A stretch of 64,000 nucleotides of DNA from Podarcis bocagei (lineage: Eukaryota), in NCBI GenBank assembly GCA_964188305.1, contig OZ076892.1; one strand, written 5' to 3'. Made by a program: the position numbers and the translations under genes. The notes under the pieces were generated by a model that ran no database searches, was not told the origin of the DNA, and worked only from the letters and a program-made list of their open reading frames with translations. Shown piece after piece: positions 51,012 to 63,591 of this stretch (positions are counted from its first letter, which is position 1; each line of letters begins with the position of its first letter).

Positions 51012-54000
51012 TTTTCCCTTGTTACCTGTAACTGCAAGTAGTAAAAGCTACTTTTAATATCTATGTTTCATATGACACCTATGTGTCATAGGAGGGAACA
51101 TGCAAAGGGGTGTTTTTTGTTTTGCTTTTTTAAAAAAATTCAGGATTTGTCCACATGAGAGGCGGTCTTTCCAGTCTCTTCTGTTCTGGACAGTGCTTCA
51201 TGGAGTCTCTCCAGAACATGTTTCTTCCAATATGCTGTTGGGTGAACAACTCACTCACCTTAATTCTGGAGTTTAATTTATTATATTTCAGTTTCTAAGG
51301 AGAGGGTTTTTAAGAGCAAAGGTCAGGCAGGGGATCCAGCCAGTGACAGACTGACTCCTGAAGTGGAATCCATTTTGAAGTGCAAATTATTTGGAGGAGG
51401 GCAGCAGGAAAGTCAGTGGGGTCAAGGTCAAATTCAGGCCTCTACCAGTTGTTTTCCCCAGTTATCCTCCCCCCCCCATACACTTTCTTGTTTCCCCTCC
51501 TCGGCTTGCAAATATCTGATAGAACTGTAAATAGAGGGGAAATAACGCAAGAGCTGATGTTCTGGGGTAGCTTGGCTGATGCCAGATCTCTTGTGAGTTT
51601 AAACACCCACCTCCAGATGGGCTCCCCTGGGAAGGAGCAAAAAACAAATAAACACCCCACAATCATGAAATACATAAACAGAAATGCTGGCCTGGCTCTC
51701 GCCATCCTGCCTGCTTGCTGCTGCCGCAACTGACTCCCCCCGCTCTTCCTCCCCCCACGTTCCTCCAGGCTTATGTGTCTCCCCCCCCCCCTTCAATGAC
51801 TGAACCTGCAGTTGATCCTTTTCAAAAACGGAGGTTAGCATAGAGGGTTGGAACAGGAAACATCTGCCAAAGGGGAGAGATGGCACCTTTGCACAAACAG
51901 GCCAAATGCTTCCCTTGATCTTCTCCGCTGTGTTTTCACCTGCATTTTCAACACTGCTATGCGTGTTTAATGTTAGTTTTGCAGCCTCTCTAAAACATGC
52001 ATTTAGCTGCTGTTAATTGAGGACAGCATAAATTGGTTTCTCCAGCTTTCCGCTGAAACAAGATAGCATCCCCATATCAGGATTAAGTTTTTCCCCCTCT
52101 GTATCAAATGGCTTAAAAATACTGAACTCAATTCCTTTTGAATTAACTGAGCCTTATTTTATCCCCCCACCCTCCAATATCACCTATCACCATAGTAACC
52201 ACTAGCTGTCAGTTCAGTTTCTGACATTTTTCTCATTTGCTAAGATTTCAGAATTGCCATCCTCGCTGCCAACATGTCATGAACAAGGGGGAAAAAATTG
52301 CATGAAAAATCTAATGGGTGTCTGGTCTGATTGTCCTCACTTGTGGCAGGAAAGACAAAAACTGATGAATTGTGAAATGTATTCAGAAGGATTCAAGAAA
52401 AGCAAGAAGGCGCTCGGATCCCCCTCCCCCCTCCCCTCTGGCAACACCTCCTCGTTTTCATCTTGTTTTGCTTGATGCGCCTTACATGTTTGCCCTGACA
52501 CTGGGGGTAGGTGGGTGGATGTCAAAATTTAAGAGGAGCAGCCTTCACGTCACCCTGCTGCTGGCTTCCCTCCCCCCTCCCACCCCACTTTTAAAAAAAG
52601 TCATCATTAGAAAATAAAGTTAGCCTGGTTTGTTATTTAGCAGCAGCCATTCCCACTCTATTAGTGCCCGACAAAATTTGCTTTGGTCACTGCTTACAGA
52701 CAATTCTGTTGATTTTCTCAGTTTTTTTAAAAAAAGCTCTGTGTATTTGTATTCATCCGACAGAGGGGGAACCCCCACCCTCAAGCAGAAAAAAAAGGAA
52801 ATATGAAAGACGGATGACCTAGAAAGGGGCAAAAAGTCCCCCTTTCTTTTTAAAAGAGGACATTGATGAGCACTACATTCCTTTTTAAAATTCCCTCGTG
52901 TATTGTCTTTAACAGCCTGCTAAAGAGAAATCACACTTAAACCCATTTTTAAAAAGTCTCTCTTCCCACACACACACAGAATGGTTCTTTAAAATAAAAG
53001 GGAAAGCAACTATTGTTGTGTGGTGTTTCTGTTTTTATTTTTTGTATGTAGATTATTTCGATAAAATAATGAAGACTTTTCTTCCACCATCGAAATCAAC
53101 ACATTTGATACTGAGGAGGGATGAGGGAATCCACGTGTCCATTTTCATGCGTGGGCAGCACTTGAGATACTACCTGTGCCTGATGCCAGCCGCCTTCCCA
53201 CACCGGCGCTTCGTCCACCGTGGTGTTCGGAAATGCATCCATGTCTCCAACAACTTGTTTGGGGGACAAGTGCAATCTTATCACAGCCTCTGTGTGTTTC
53301 CCTGGCTGTCTACAAATTCTGGCTCAGTGGCAGGAACTCATTTCAGAAACATAAAACTGGCTTGATAAGCAGCTGCTGCTCAGCTTGGCTCCTTGAGGAG
53401 TCTTGGGGTTGTGATCGCCTCTGCCGAATGCCACCAAATTGTTTCTCTTTCGCATTCCAGATGCTGCTTCTGAAGCTTCAACTGTTGAAAAACATGCAAG
53501 CGGATAAAGGGGGGGTTCAGTGGGTATGGGAAGACTCTGAGAAATATAGAACATTATAACAGTTTGCGGGTGCGGTGTGGGAGAGATAAAACAATTTCTT
53601 ATCGTTGCACATAATAGACATGTATTCCATGTTTCCAGGTGTCGAGTAAAAGAGCAGGGGCCTGGAGACAATTCTATGAATATACAAATGTAAACATCAC
53701 AAAATAAAATCCACATTGGTATTTTTGGTAACGTGAGATTGGGGTTCCAATTCGGCCACATGCTCTGATTTGCGTTGCGTTTTATTTTTCAGTGTTGACC
53801 CTGTGGCTTCTTAGTATTCTCTGAAACGGCTGAGTGCCTGCGGGGAGCCTCTCTTTGCAGCTGCCCACACCTGCATTTGTCGGATTTTGTGCCTATGTGC
53901 TTGGGATGCAGGCGGGAGGAGGAATTTGTGAGGTGTAATAATTACTCAGCTTGCCCAAAATTATCAGCGTTTTGGAATGAAAGTCAATAGTTGCTGTACA

Positions 54001-55553
54001 GTTCCTTGCTTTCCCTGAGACATCAAGCATGATTATTGATTGTAAACTGCCTATTTCACTTTTGGTAAAACAGATGCTGTGTTGATTTCAAGGAGCCAAG
54101 AACCTGGAAGCCTGTACACATTTCGATAAGCAGCCGCTGTATGTTACACTACAGCCGCCCCCAAATGCACAGCACGGGCAGAAGCATTTCTAGATGTCCT
54201 TCTGGGCTGTAAGATTTCCCCTAATCAGCAAGCCTTGCGAGGTTGGCTGTGGCCACCTCTGCCCTCAAGCCATCGCTCCTCTGTTTAATTGTAAAAATTC
54301 CACACACTTTGGGAAATGGGAACGCGTCATTTATATTCCGCTTCTGTCAGGTGTATAAATATTAAAATATATTAGCCCCAAAATGGCTGATTATCCCTCA
54401 AACATTTTGCGATAAATCTCACCTTTTTATGGTGTGGGAGGGGGCTCTCGTGCCTAAATATTTTATGATGTTTGGAAATATTCTTTAAACAACCTGGATT
54501 TATTATTAATGGTTTAAACATTTATAACAGCCTTAAAAATTCTGAGGTGCAGCTCACGTTACACTCATCTACCAAGATAAAGTTATTTTTCCATGCAAAA
54601 TGTATACAGGCGACTGAGATGATAGCCATTTTCTGTGATATGTGTGTGTGTGTTTGGAAAACATACCGTGTGGCTACCAGGCAGAGATCGCTTTCAAATA
54701 TCGAGGTGTTCTCAACAGCAATGCAGCATTAGACATGAAGTCACACAGAAGCACTGATAGTAAATATGTTAATATCTGCACGCGCGTTTGTGTGTACGCC
54801 TGCTTTTTATCAGCCATGCTTACGTTTCCCATTTTGTGTAGGAGCTGCACGGAGCCAGAGGCAGATGGGCCTTTTGGTGCAGATAGGAAAATAGCCTTGG
54901 TAGTTGACACCTTGCAATTTTACTGAATCTACCTTTAAATAATAATAAAAAGCCCACATTTTTTTTTCTGTTAGGTTCCAGGGGTGGGGAGCTGGAGCTG
55001 GAGCAGACACATGTGTACACAATTTGTATCTCATATAGTATTCGGGACAAAGTTATGAATACGTAATGCAGGCAATGGATAGAAAAGAGGGTGATACATA
55101 TTTATTGACCCCCAACGTAAGTGTGTGTTTAATGAGCAAAGGGCCATCAGGCTGTGCAAAGGGAGGCAGTGTCAGACCAGGGTCTGGTAAATCCACTCAA
55201 ATAAAATAAAATAAAAATAAAAAAGCCTCACCTCGCCTTGACAAGCTGACTTGGGGTTTGTGACACAGTTCATTTGATTCTCAGAACTCAGCTGGGGGTT
55301 AAATTGGAATCCAGACATCAAAGAATTCTTCCAGCAGACCCAAATTTTGCCCATATAATTTTTTTCCTTCCAGTTGTCATAATTTTAGCTAATTTCACAG
55401 TGCAATACATATTTATTTATTTATTTATTTGCCTTTGAAGTATTTCCCAAACATATAGCACCGTCGTAGGCAAAATATCACAAACTGCCTTTTGCACATA
55501 CAGGTCTCTTTTCCTAGGCCTTCCTTGCTGGATATGTGCACCCTGCTCTCTTC

Positions 55554-55602
55554 GTGTGTGTGCCTGTGTGTCTGTGCTTGTGTGTGTGTGTGTGTGTGTG
55601 TG
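55554..55602. repeat. (TG)n microsatellite, imperfect 5' part
   Basis: Directly visible. Confidence 0.9.
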
Positions 55603-57516
55603 TTTCACACATGTGTCTGATGTTACCTGAGGATTTCAGCCCCTCAGACCACTGCATCAGCTGCATCACCATCATCATCATCTCCTCTCAGGGCCTTTCC
55701 TGGCTTTTACTTGCTCTCTCGTTGCCCCACAATTGTGGTGTCATAAACCCCTCCAGACACGTGGAGCGGCGTGTGCAGGGAATGCTCAGGCTGCGAATTG
55801 GCTTCTTATAGAAAGGTCAGGGCTAAGGGAATACATCAGGCTGCTATTGGGGATGGTGGCCGCTTGCCATTTAGCCTCCCCGCCTTTTATCAGATCACTT
55901 TTGTAACACAGACCTAATAAAAGAAGGAACTGTTGGCAGTAGCGGGGGGTGGGGTGGGACGGAGAGGAGGAACCAAAGCGGGGAGGAAATCTTGTCCTGG
56001 GTTTGCTGCCTTTCCCAGCCCTAACACTACACAGCCCTTTCTGGTGTGCTTCTGTTCTTGCCTTTGGCCTTTTCTCTGGTTCTGCCTCCTTCACCTTTCT
56101 ATCCCTTTAATTGTGCTCTTGTGTAAGAGAACTGAAATTTCATTTTGCTAAAATAATCACTCAGGAAGGCGAAAAGACGCCCTCCTCTTTTGTGTTGTCT
56201 TGACATTTTTGGCCAGGGCGGGCCGTGGTCTGGGAGGGGATTAGCACAATGCTCTTAGTTGCGAAGCCACCATTAATATTTTCTGCGAGGCTTAGGAGGA
56301 GGAAAAAAAGGCGACGTTCCCTGGGCAGAGGAAGTTTCCTTCTGCATATATTTTATTGTGTGGGGTTTTAAGGCGTCTTTGAGGCTGATCAACAGCCTTG
56401 TTGTTGCAGAACCATTTGTATGGCTTTGAGGCTGTCCTTTAATTGGAATGCCGCAGCCTGCTGGACACCCAACACAATTTAGCAAGGCTAAATGTATCGC
56501 TGCATTTACATTCTTTATGGAACACCCAGATGGCTTTTTAGCGGGTAAACTGGGGAGATGAAAGAGAGCAAAGCCCAGTGTCCAACGGCCATCACTTTCG
56601 AGCGTGCAGGTTGGCGAAAAGGGCAGCTGAGCTGAACTGGCCACATTTCCCGTGGGGTGGGGTGGGGTAGGGAGGGGGGGGGCAAAAGCTTGCTGAGACT
56701 CGGTTCCTGGTGGATGAATCATCTTCAGCTGGCTCTCGCGTGTCCTGCTGCCTGCCTGCCAGTTGCAATGCTTTGTGGCATTTCTCTTTTCCACGGGGGG
56801 GGGGCTCCCTCCCCCCAGTCCAAGCAAATTGCATCTCATTTTATGCCTGTTGATTCCTTGGGCATGAAGAAAGCTTTTTGAAATTTCAAAGCGTCCACAT
56901 TCTTTTAGTCTCCAGTTTGAAAAGACAGAGGGAGGGAGGGAGGGAAGCAGGCAGGGACCTGGCCAGCCAAACGAGGGTGCCTGGCCGGAAGCTCAGCATC
57001 CTCATGGAGACACAAAAGGCATCTTTGGACCATCCCTAACTGCCTGGCTCCTTTTCGGGGGGGGGGGAGCGGATGGGTGGAGGAAGCCAAGTCTGAACAC
57101 TTTGAGCTCATTCAGGTAGCTGGAAATTGCCTCTCGCTTCCAGGCAGTTATTAACGGATCTATTTGAGGAGAGCCGGTGTCCCAGCTGTGGTCTTAGCAC
57201 AAAATGTTTTGCTTATTACTGCCTCATGGCAGGAATTTTGTGCCATTCTCCCCCCAAGTGGAGGGGTGTGTGTGTGTGTGTGTGTGTTGGTGGAGGGAGA
57301 GTACACCCTAGTCTGGATGGGAAGGAGGGATTGCCACGTGTCTCTTTTGTTGGAAATAAACATTACCCTTTCCATCTTTATTACTCTGTTGCCAATTTAT
57401 GTGACTATTAGCCAACCAAGGTGGATGGCGGCTGCAGAAGCACCAAGGTGGGTCTGATGGTCCTTGTGGCTATTTCGGGCAATGTCAGAAGCACTCACAC
57501 AGACATTCTTCGCCCC

Positions 57517-57696
57517 NNNNNNNNNNNNNNNNNNNNNNNNNNNNNNNNNNNNNNNNNNNNNNNNNNNNNNNNNNNNNNNNNNNNNNNNNNNNNNNNNNNN
57601 NNNNNNNNNNNNNNNNNNNNNNNNNNNNNNNNNNNNNNNNNNNNNNNNNNNNNNNNNNNNNNNNNNNNNNNNNNNNNNNNNNNNNNNNNNNNNNNN
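57517..57696. other. Assembly gap (N run)
   Basis: 180 N. Confidence 0.99.
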
Positions 57697-58334
57697 ATAG
57701 CCTCAGTGGCTGACACAAGTCTTTTCAGCGGGGATGACAGCTTTTCAGATCTTAATAGGCTGTTCCTTTCTGGCCTGTGCGTTTTCCACATTTCTCCTTT
57801 CGGAGCCAGGCTGGGACTTGATGGCTAAAATCTGACATGTAGAAGGTGCAGTGTCTGCTGCAGCAGAAGGAAAGTAAAAAAACAAAACAAAAACCCATAT
57901 TCGTCCTTAGAAAACGGGATGCCTGCAAATTGGCACCAATCAGCAAACAATTAAAACTTAAGAAAAGGGTTCCTTTAAAATCACTACCTTTGACTCATTT
58001 GACCCAAATGCCCCTTTTATCCTATTTATTTATTTATTGACACAATCCTTCTCTCCAGAGATGTGGGTGGGTGCTTGCAATCTGAATGGCTTGTCTTTTT
58101 GGACAAGAACTAGCCAAATTTGTTGGTAATGTTTTGCTCCGTTGAATTTTATACTAGACTAAACGGAAACGGCAGGTGACAGATTACAGAGCAGCCTCTT
58201 TTCTCGAATGCTGTTTTAATTTCAGTTCACTGTTGAGTTTTGGGAGGCAGCAGTGAAGGAGAGAGAAAGGGAGGCTCCCAGACACACTTGGCTTTAGTTT
58301 GCGGGGTGTAATCATGTCCAGTAGAGACAGAGTG

Positions 58335-58456
58335 ACTCTCCACTGGCAAAGAATCCTGGGAACTGTAGTTTGTCAAGGGTGCTGGGAATTGTAGCTTTCT
58401 TGGGTGCAAACTACAGCATGCGGGATACTTTGGGGAAGCCATGCGCTTTCAATGTA
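58335..58456. mobile_element. Short palindromic squamate MITE (class uncertain)
   Basis: CAAAGAATCCTGGGAACTGTAGTTTG ... CAAACTACAGCATGCGGGATACTTTG inverted arms. Confidence 0.6.
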
Positions 58457-58561
58457 CCGTAATTTTGCTCCAAGCACGTACCATCCATAGGAGAGATGCA
58501 ACATCCTGGAGAGGGCTGGGTGGGCCTGATGAGCTTGAGCTCTCTTCCCAAGGTAGGAAGG

Positions 58562-58621
<60 letters not shown>

Positions 58622-58720
58622 TTTTATTTATACCCCGCCCATCTGGCTGGGCTTCCCCAGCCACTCTGGGCGGCTTCCAAAAGAATATTAAAATACTATG
58701 ATACATCAAACATAACACTT
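58562..58720 (-). mobile_element. L2 LINE 3' end, heavily 5'-truncated, with (AAT)n microsatellite
   Basis: CCCCGCCCATCTGGCTGGGCTTCCCCAGCCACTCTGGGCGGCTT is nearly identical to 35867-35910. (AAT)n at 58562-58620. Confidence 0.88.
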
Positions 58721-59989
58721 GTTCACAGGTGCTACCTGGTGATGAGTTGCCTTCTCCTCCAAAAGAGGAGCTCCCCAAAGGCCTCCTTGTCCCACTTACG
58801 TCAAGGCTTCTTCCCTGTCTGTCTGTCTGCCTGCCTGCCTGCCGTGATCATACTGTGTGCATGTTGCCCCCATCAGAGCTCATACTTGTTTCTTTTGTAT
58901 CTGTGTGTGTGTCCCTGACATACTCTGTAGCCCACTTGTGCCTGACCTTCGTCCAACTGCTCGAAGTCCCTGCCAGGACCTGCTCTGCCTCATCTCTTAG
59001 CTGCTGCCATAATGGTGCTAGCATTAGTCTACTGAGCCTTCACCACTTCAATCATTCATTTGTAATTTTATTTGTATGCCATTTTTTCAATAAAGAGAAT
59101 CGTGCTCAAAGTGCCATACAGCAAAGCAAACAGGAATACATCTCAAAATCAGCCATCACAAGAACAAAGGAAAAGAACATAAAAAACCAACATAATAGTA
59201 AACATACAAATAATAAATAATAATTCAGTACTATAAATGCAACAGTATGAGGTTAACAACATTACACCTCCTGGCAATAGCAAAAATAACAATGGAGCTT
59301 GACAGTTTTACTTTGATCCTGAAAACACCTCTCCCAAGATGTTGTACTTCCAGTTGCAATTGCCTTGGCCCCAGAACTATGGACTTCTATGAAGCAGGGT
59401 CAAGGGGAGCAGTTCTCTCCCCAGCCCTGCTCCCAGCCATGAGTCAAAACCCCCAGGTTCCCAGCTTTCTTTTCTTTTCTTTTTCATCTGTAGATCCTGA
59501 GATATGGTGCCCAATACGCAGGCTACTATTCACATTTGTTTTGTGAGGAACTCACCTCCCACGTCAGTATTTTAGCCCATTTGTTTGGAAAGCAGATCTA
59601 GCCAAGGTTAGAGTGAGACTCTTGCTACTAGAAGACTCTAGAGAGGGAACTTCTTGGTATGTTTGCCAAAAAAAATTCCGCTGGTGGAGAAGGCATTGCT
59701 GCTGCCGCCCACAGAAAACAATGCAGGGATCGGGGGTTTTAGCGCAGCTGAACTTGGAGGCTAATGTGTGTCAGCTAAAAAACAAAAGGAGGCTGCAGAG
59801 GCTCATGATCTTTCTGACAGGTCTGATTTAAGAGAGAACAAGACATGGTAAATGTTTTAAAAATTATTCTACTAATACCAATGCAGCCAAACTCCATTGT
59901 TAGTATACGCATATTTTTTTTTAAAAAAATGAAGAAACAAGAAACAGTACCAAAGCAAATAGTCCCCCCTCCCCTGTCCTAAGTCCATC

Positions 59990-60710
59990 TCACAATTTTA
60001 TTTTATTTTTTAACAGATCAAGTCGTATACATAGCTACCCTTTTCTTGAACAATTTTTGTTTTTTACATAACATGATGTAGTCCACACAAACACCTGAAA
60101 CATCCAATTCTCTCTTTACCTAAGATGTTAACTGACAGCTTTTTATTTAATTCTTCTTGATAATTAACTTGGCTCTTTAGCATTGCTGACAACTTAATCA
60201 AGCTCAGTTGTTCCCAGATCTTTCTGGTGATATCCTGCTTTGTTAGTTCACATGTAATTGGCATAGAACAGCCTTGCAATGGTCAAAACATGTATAATCT
60301 GGATCATGTAGGAATACAATATATATATATATATATATATACAGAGAGAGAGAGAGAGATACACAAAATATAACAAGCAGCAGTTCTAATGATAACTCAA
60401 CTTGCAAAGCTTTCCCTTATGATTTTAACCACACAGTTCTAAAACCATTTTTCTTTAATACACCCCCAACACAAATGGGAGAAATTTCCCTTTGGGGCTT
60501 CACAAAACCAACACTTTCCATCACCAGTGCTCCTTATAATCTTTGGGTTCCTGGGCAACTGGAGATGCCATTGGGTAGCCATCTGAATACAGTTTTCTTG
60601 GTAATTAGTTGAGAGAGAAAAGGAGGATCCTTCTTTTGGAATATTTATTCAGAGGTCTTTATTTTCAAAGAGGTATGGATAAAAGAGGATCATCCAGTTT
60701 TGATGATGTT
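59990..60710 (-). mobile_element. L1-clade LINE ORF2 C-terminal fragment (decayed)
   Basis: Minus-strand translation QENCIQMATQWHL...GKCWFCEAPKGNFSHLCWGCIKEKWF* contains the C-x2-C-x8-H-x4-C knuckle (60460-60513). Downstream LTIARLFYA and RKIWEQLSLIKLS follow in L1 order. Interrupted by a (TA)n(GA)n repeat. Outer boundaries approximate. Confidence 0.8.
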
Positions 60711-60714
60711 TGTT

Positions 60715-60870
60715 TTCCCCACTCAGCCATGAAACTTCCTGGGTAACTTTGGGCCAGTCTTGGTATTTTAGCTTAATCTAAATGGGGAGGTGGGTAGGCT
60801 TAGTCTCCCTTTAAAAAGCTGAACAACTCTTGGGGTGTCCTTGCAATGAAATAAGGTGGTAATAAAATTG
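60715..60870 (+). mobile_element. CORE/MIR-related squamate SINE fragment
   Basis: CCCCACTCAGCCATGAAACTTCCTGGGTAACTTTGGGCCAGTC...AAATGGGGAGG resembles the body of tRNA-derived CORE SINEs. Confidence 0.55.
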
Positions 60871-61049
60871 TTGTTGTTGTTGTTACAATTGATTGATTTA
60901 GACATCTAAACCACCCTCTCAAGGTAATTTACACATAAAACAATTAAAAACACAAAACAGCAGATAATTAAAACAAAACTGAAAGCCTAACAAATGAACA
61001 TGCATGGTAAAGACCCATTTATCCAGCTGGGAAATCCTGTAAGAACAAA

Positions 61050-61285
61050 AAATATTTATTTATTTATTTATATTTATATTTTTATTATTAATTACATTTG
61101 TATACTATTTTTCATCTGAAGCTCTCAAGGCAGCTCACAGCATAAAATACATAATAAAACCGCAAAGTACATAATAAAAACAAGGAAAAAACCAACCAAT
61201 AACCCCCTCCCCCCAAAATGTATTCCAGCTGTTTTCAGTAGGAATGCTATTCCATAGAAGAGGGGCAGCTACACTAAAGCAACTG
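61050..61285 (-). mobile_element. L2 LINE 3' end
   Basis: Minus-strand CFSVAAPLLWNSIP (L2 ORF2 terminal AFSVAAPxLWNxLP), then a T-rich UTR, TGTGAGCTGCCTTGAG and an (ATAA)n tail. Confidence 0.75.
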
Positions 61286-61871
61286 TAATGATGAAGATCA
61301 AAATATTCCTGTACTACTTTGGGGGAAAGTTCCATGAGGTTTGCAATAACAAAAATACAAATAAAGCCAGTGTTATAGTAACATAGAAAAGGCAAAGAAA
61401 ACAATAATGAAAGCAACAAGGAAACAAAACTGAACCTTACTTTTCTACCCCAGAATTTAATTGTGCAACATCAGGTGATATTAACAGCGGTATGTCTCCC
61501 CTTCGAATTCACCAGAGGGGACCTGCTTGCAATCCTGCAACGTTACATCTTTGAAGTGACGCTGAATTGGAAGCATGATCCATAGAAACAGGCGTGTGTC
61601 TTGCAGAGAAGGGGAAGGCCTCATTGCTCTCTGTAGAGATGACATTTTTTGGAGTGTTTCTAAGAAGTGGCTTCTGTTCTTCAGCATCTCCCTCCTGAAT
61701 ATTGCTAATCTTGCAGTATGGGAAACTGAAGAGGTCAGACATGTTTCCAAGTCCAGTTTCATTCTCTGATAATCTGATCCTTCTCCCAACCAGGGGAGCA
61801 TCAAGTGCTAGCTTCGCCCCTTCATGTGTGAAGATACTCACATGGGGGGCTAACGAGTCTCATCCATGGCC

Positions 61872-62054
61872 ACAGGAACATGGGAAGCTGCCTTAAACCA
61901 AGTCAGTCCCATTGGGAAGTCAGGATAGCCTACACTGGTTGGCAGCAGTTGCTCTCCAGGGTCTAGGGCAGGCAGAGGTCGTTCCCTGTCGCACTTGGAG
62001 ATGTTGCTTGGGATTGAATCTGGGTGCTCTGCCACGTCATGACAGGCTCTTCCT
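61872..62054 (-). mobile_element. Squam3-like tRNA-derived SINE
   Basis: AGGAACATGGGAAGCTGCCTTA..AGTCAG..CCATTGG...TACACTGGTTGGCAGCAG..CTCTCCAGGGT...TGGAGATG...GGGATTGAATCTGGG matches the reverse complement of the squamate Squam3 SINE, including a B-box-like CAGATTCAATCCC. Confidence 0.78.
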
Positions 62055-63452
62055 TAAGGTCAAACACAGCTTGTGAGGAGGACACTTTGGAGGCGACGGA
62101 GAAGACTGTGGTAACCAACACTTAGCCAGACACTCAGCAGTTGTGCAAGTGGAAGAAATGAGAAGAGTGGTTAGCGATGAATTCCTTCATTCTTTGAACA
62201 AGGAATGCCAGGTTGCTACTGACCTGGGACCCTTTCCATCCAAGCTCCAACTCTCAGATGAATGGAGACAGGTTGTGGCAACCATCTGGTGAGAACAAAT
62301 GCTTGTGCGCAGAGGCCCTCTTTTCTTCTACATGTGCCACTGCTTTGAAAACAGGTGTGGAGGCTATGCACTAGTGGAATTAGCAGCACAGCTGACTGAC
62401 ATTTCTTGCCCAAGTGGCGTCTGTGGGAGGAGAGAGGGATGCAGGGTTCACCAGTGGCGGCTGCCGCCTTTGAGATGAAGTAAACATAAAGCAGGCCAGA
62501 GCTCTGTTTGGGATCTCCATTCTTCCCTTTCCCTCTTCTTCTGTTTTGGTGCTAAAGTATAAGTGAGACCTCCTTACAAAGCCCCATAATGGGACTGTGA
62601 GAATTGCTAGACTAAATGAGTGGTGCCTGCTGAGTATTAGAAACATATGTTGGGAGGCCAGAGTAATTTTCCTCACAGACAAGGAATCTCAAGATGAGCT
62701 TGAACAAACATTCTGAGCCTTGCTTAAAAATAGCAATAAGGCAGATACTGTATGCAGAAGTGTGTTTTCTAAAGTTGGCAGCATTAAATGCATATTCAGA
62801 ATGCCCAGAAACTGGATCTACTTCCTGGGATGTTTTATCAAAGCACAATATGTAAAAAGTAGGGGCAGGGATATGTAAATTCTTTGTGACCAATTTCAGG
62901 GACTTGACAGTTTCTCAGCAGTTGGACTTTTAGAAGGGGATAGCTACTGTGTCTTGAGTCCTGAAGTTTGACTGGAGGCAAAGAGGAAGGACTGTTTATT
63001 CCCCTTATTTTACAGCAACCTGTGTTGCACCTTCAGAGGCAAGTGCAATGTTCCACAACTTCTGTTATCAGCTCCCATTTTGCTTTCAATTTTTTATGTT
63101 AGCTATCATTGCTGACACTTTGACTATGGGCTAAAGAAGCAGCTTCTCAAATGAAAATATCATTCTTTTCCCCCACCAAGCCTGCACTGAAATCACGTGA
63201 ATGTTTTGCAATTTTGTATATTAATAAAATCTGAAACTCTTAAATCCCACATGAGTGAAGCTATGGCATTAGTTCTTTAACTATGTGCCTTCAAACATGA
63301 CAATCTGGCCTTTTCACATGGAGTCGCACAATGTGCTGTGAATTATTTTATGACAGCCAAATAATCCCACGCAGGTGACTAAAGTGCATTGAGACACTGT
63401 TCCAAAGGTTGTAATAATGGCTTCTTTTCAGAATGGAAACATGGCACTAATA

Positions 63453-63591
63453 GAGCCTTCGACAACCAGATACCCTCCAGCTGGTTTGGTCTACAATTCC
63501 CATCAGCCCCAGCATCATATGGACAGGCTGGCTAGGGCTGATGGGAGTTGTAGTCTATAACAGCTGGAAGGCAGCAAACTGGTGAAGGCTG
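63453..63591. mobile_element. Short palindromic hAT-type MITE, CAGCCTT family
   Basis: AGCCTTCGACAACC..CCCTCCAGCTG..CTACAATTCCCATCAGCCC / GGGCTGATGGGAGTTGTAG..CAGCTGGAAGG..GAAGGCTG. Confidence 0.82.

Noticed and set aside
53441-53559. Acceptor-like TTTCTCTTTCGCATTCCAG followed by ATG, as a possible coding exon 2
   Set aside because: The peptide (MLLLKLQLLKNMQADKGG...) is unrecognisable and only a weak donor is present; such acceptor-like words occur often by chance.
57421-57828. ORFs spanning N runs (also at 18.3-18.6 kb and 46.2-46.5 kb)
   Set aside because: Artefacts of assembly gaps.
58441-58918. ORFs with poly-N/poly-I/poly-L tracts (also 14437-14787, 35740-35922, 48707-49109)
   Set aside because: Translations of (AAT)n and (TA)n microsatellites.
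61481-61841. Overlapping 107-110 aa minus-strand ORFs
   Set aside because: No recognisable homology or exon structure; flanked by repeats.
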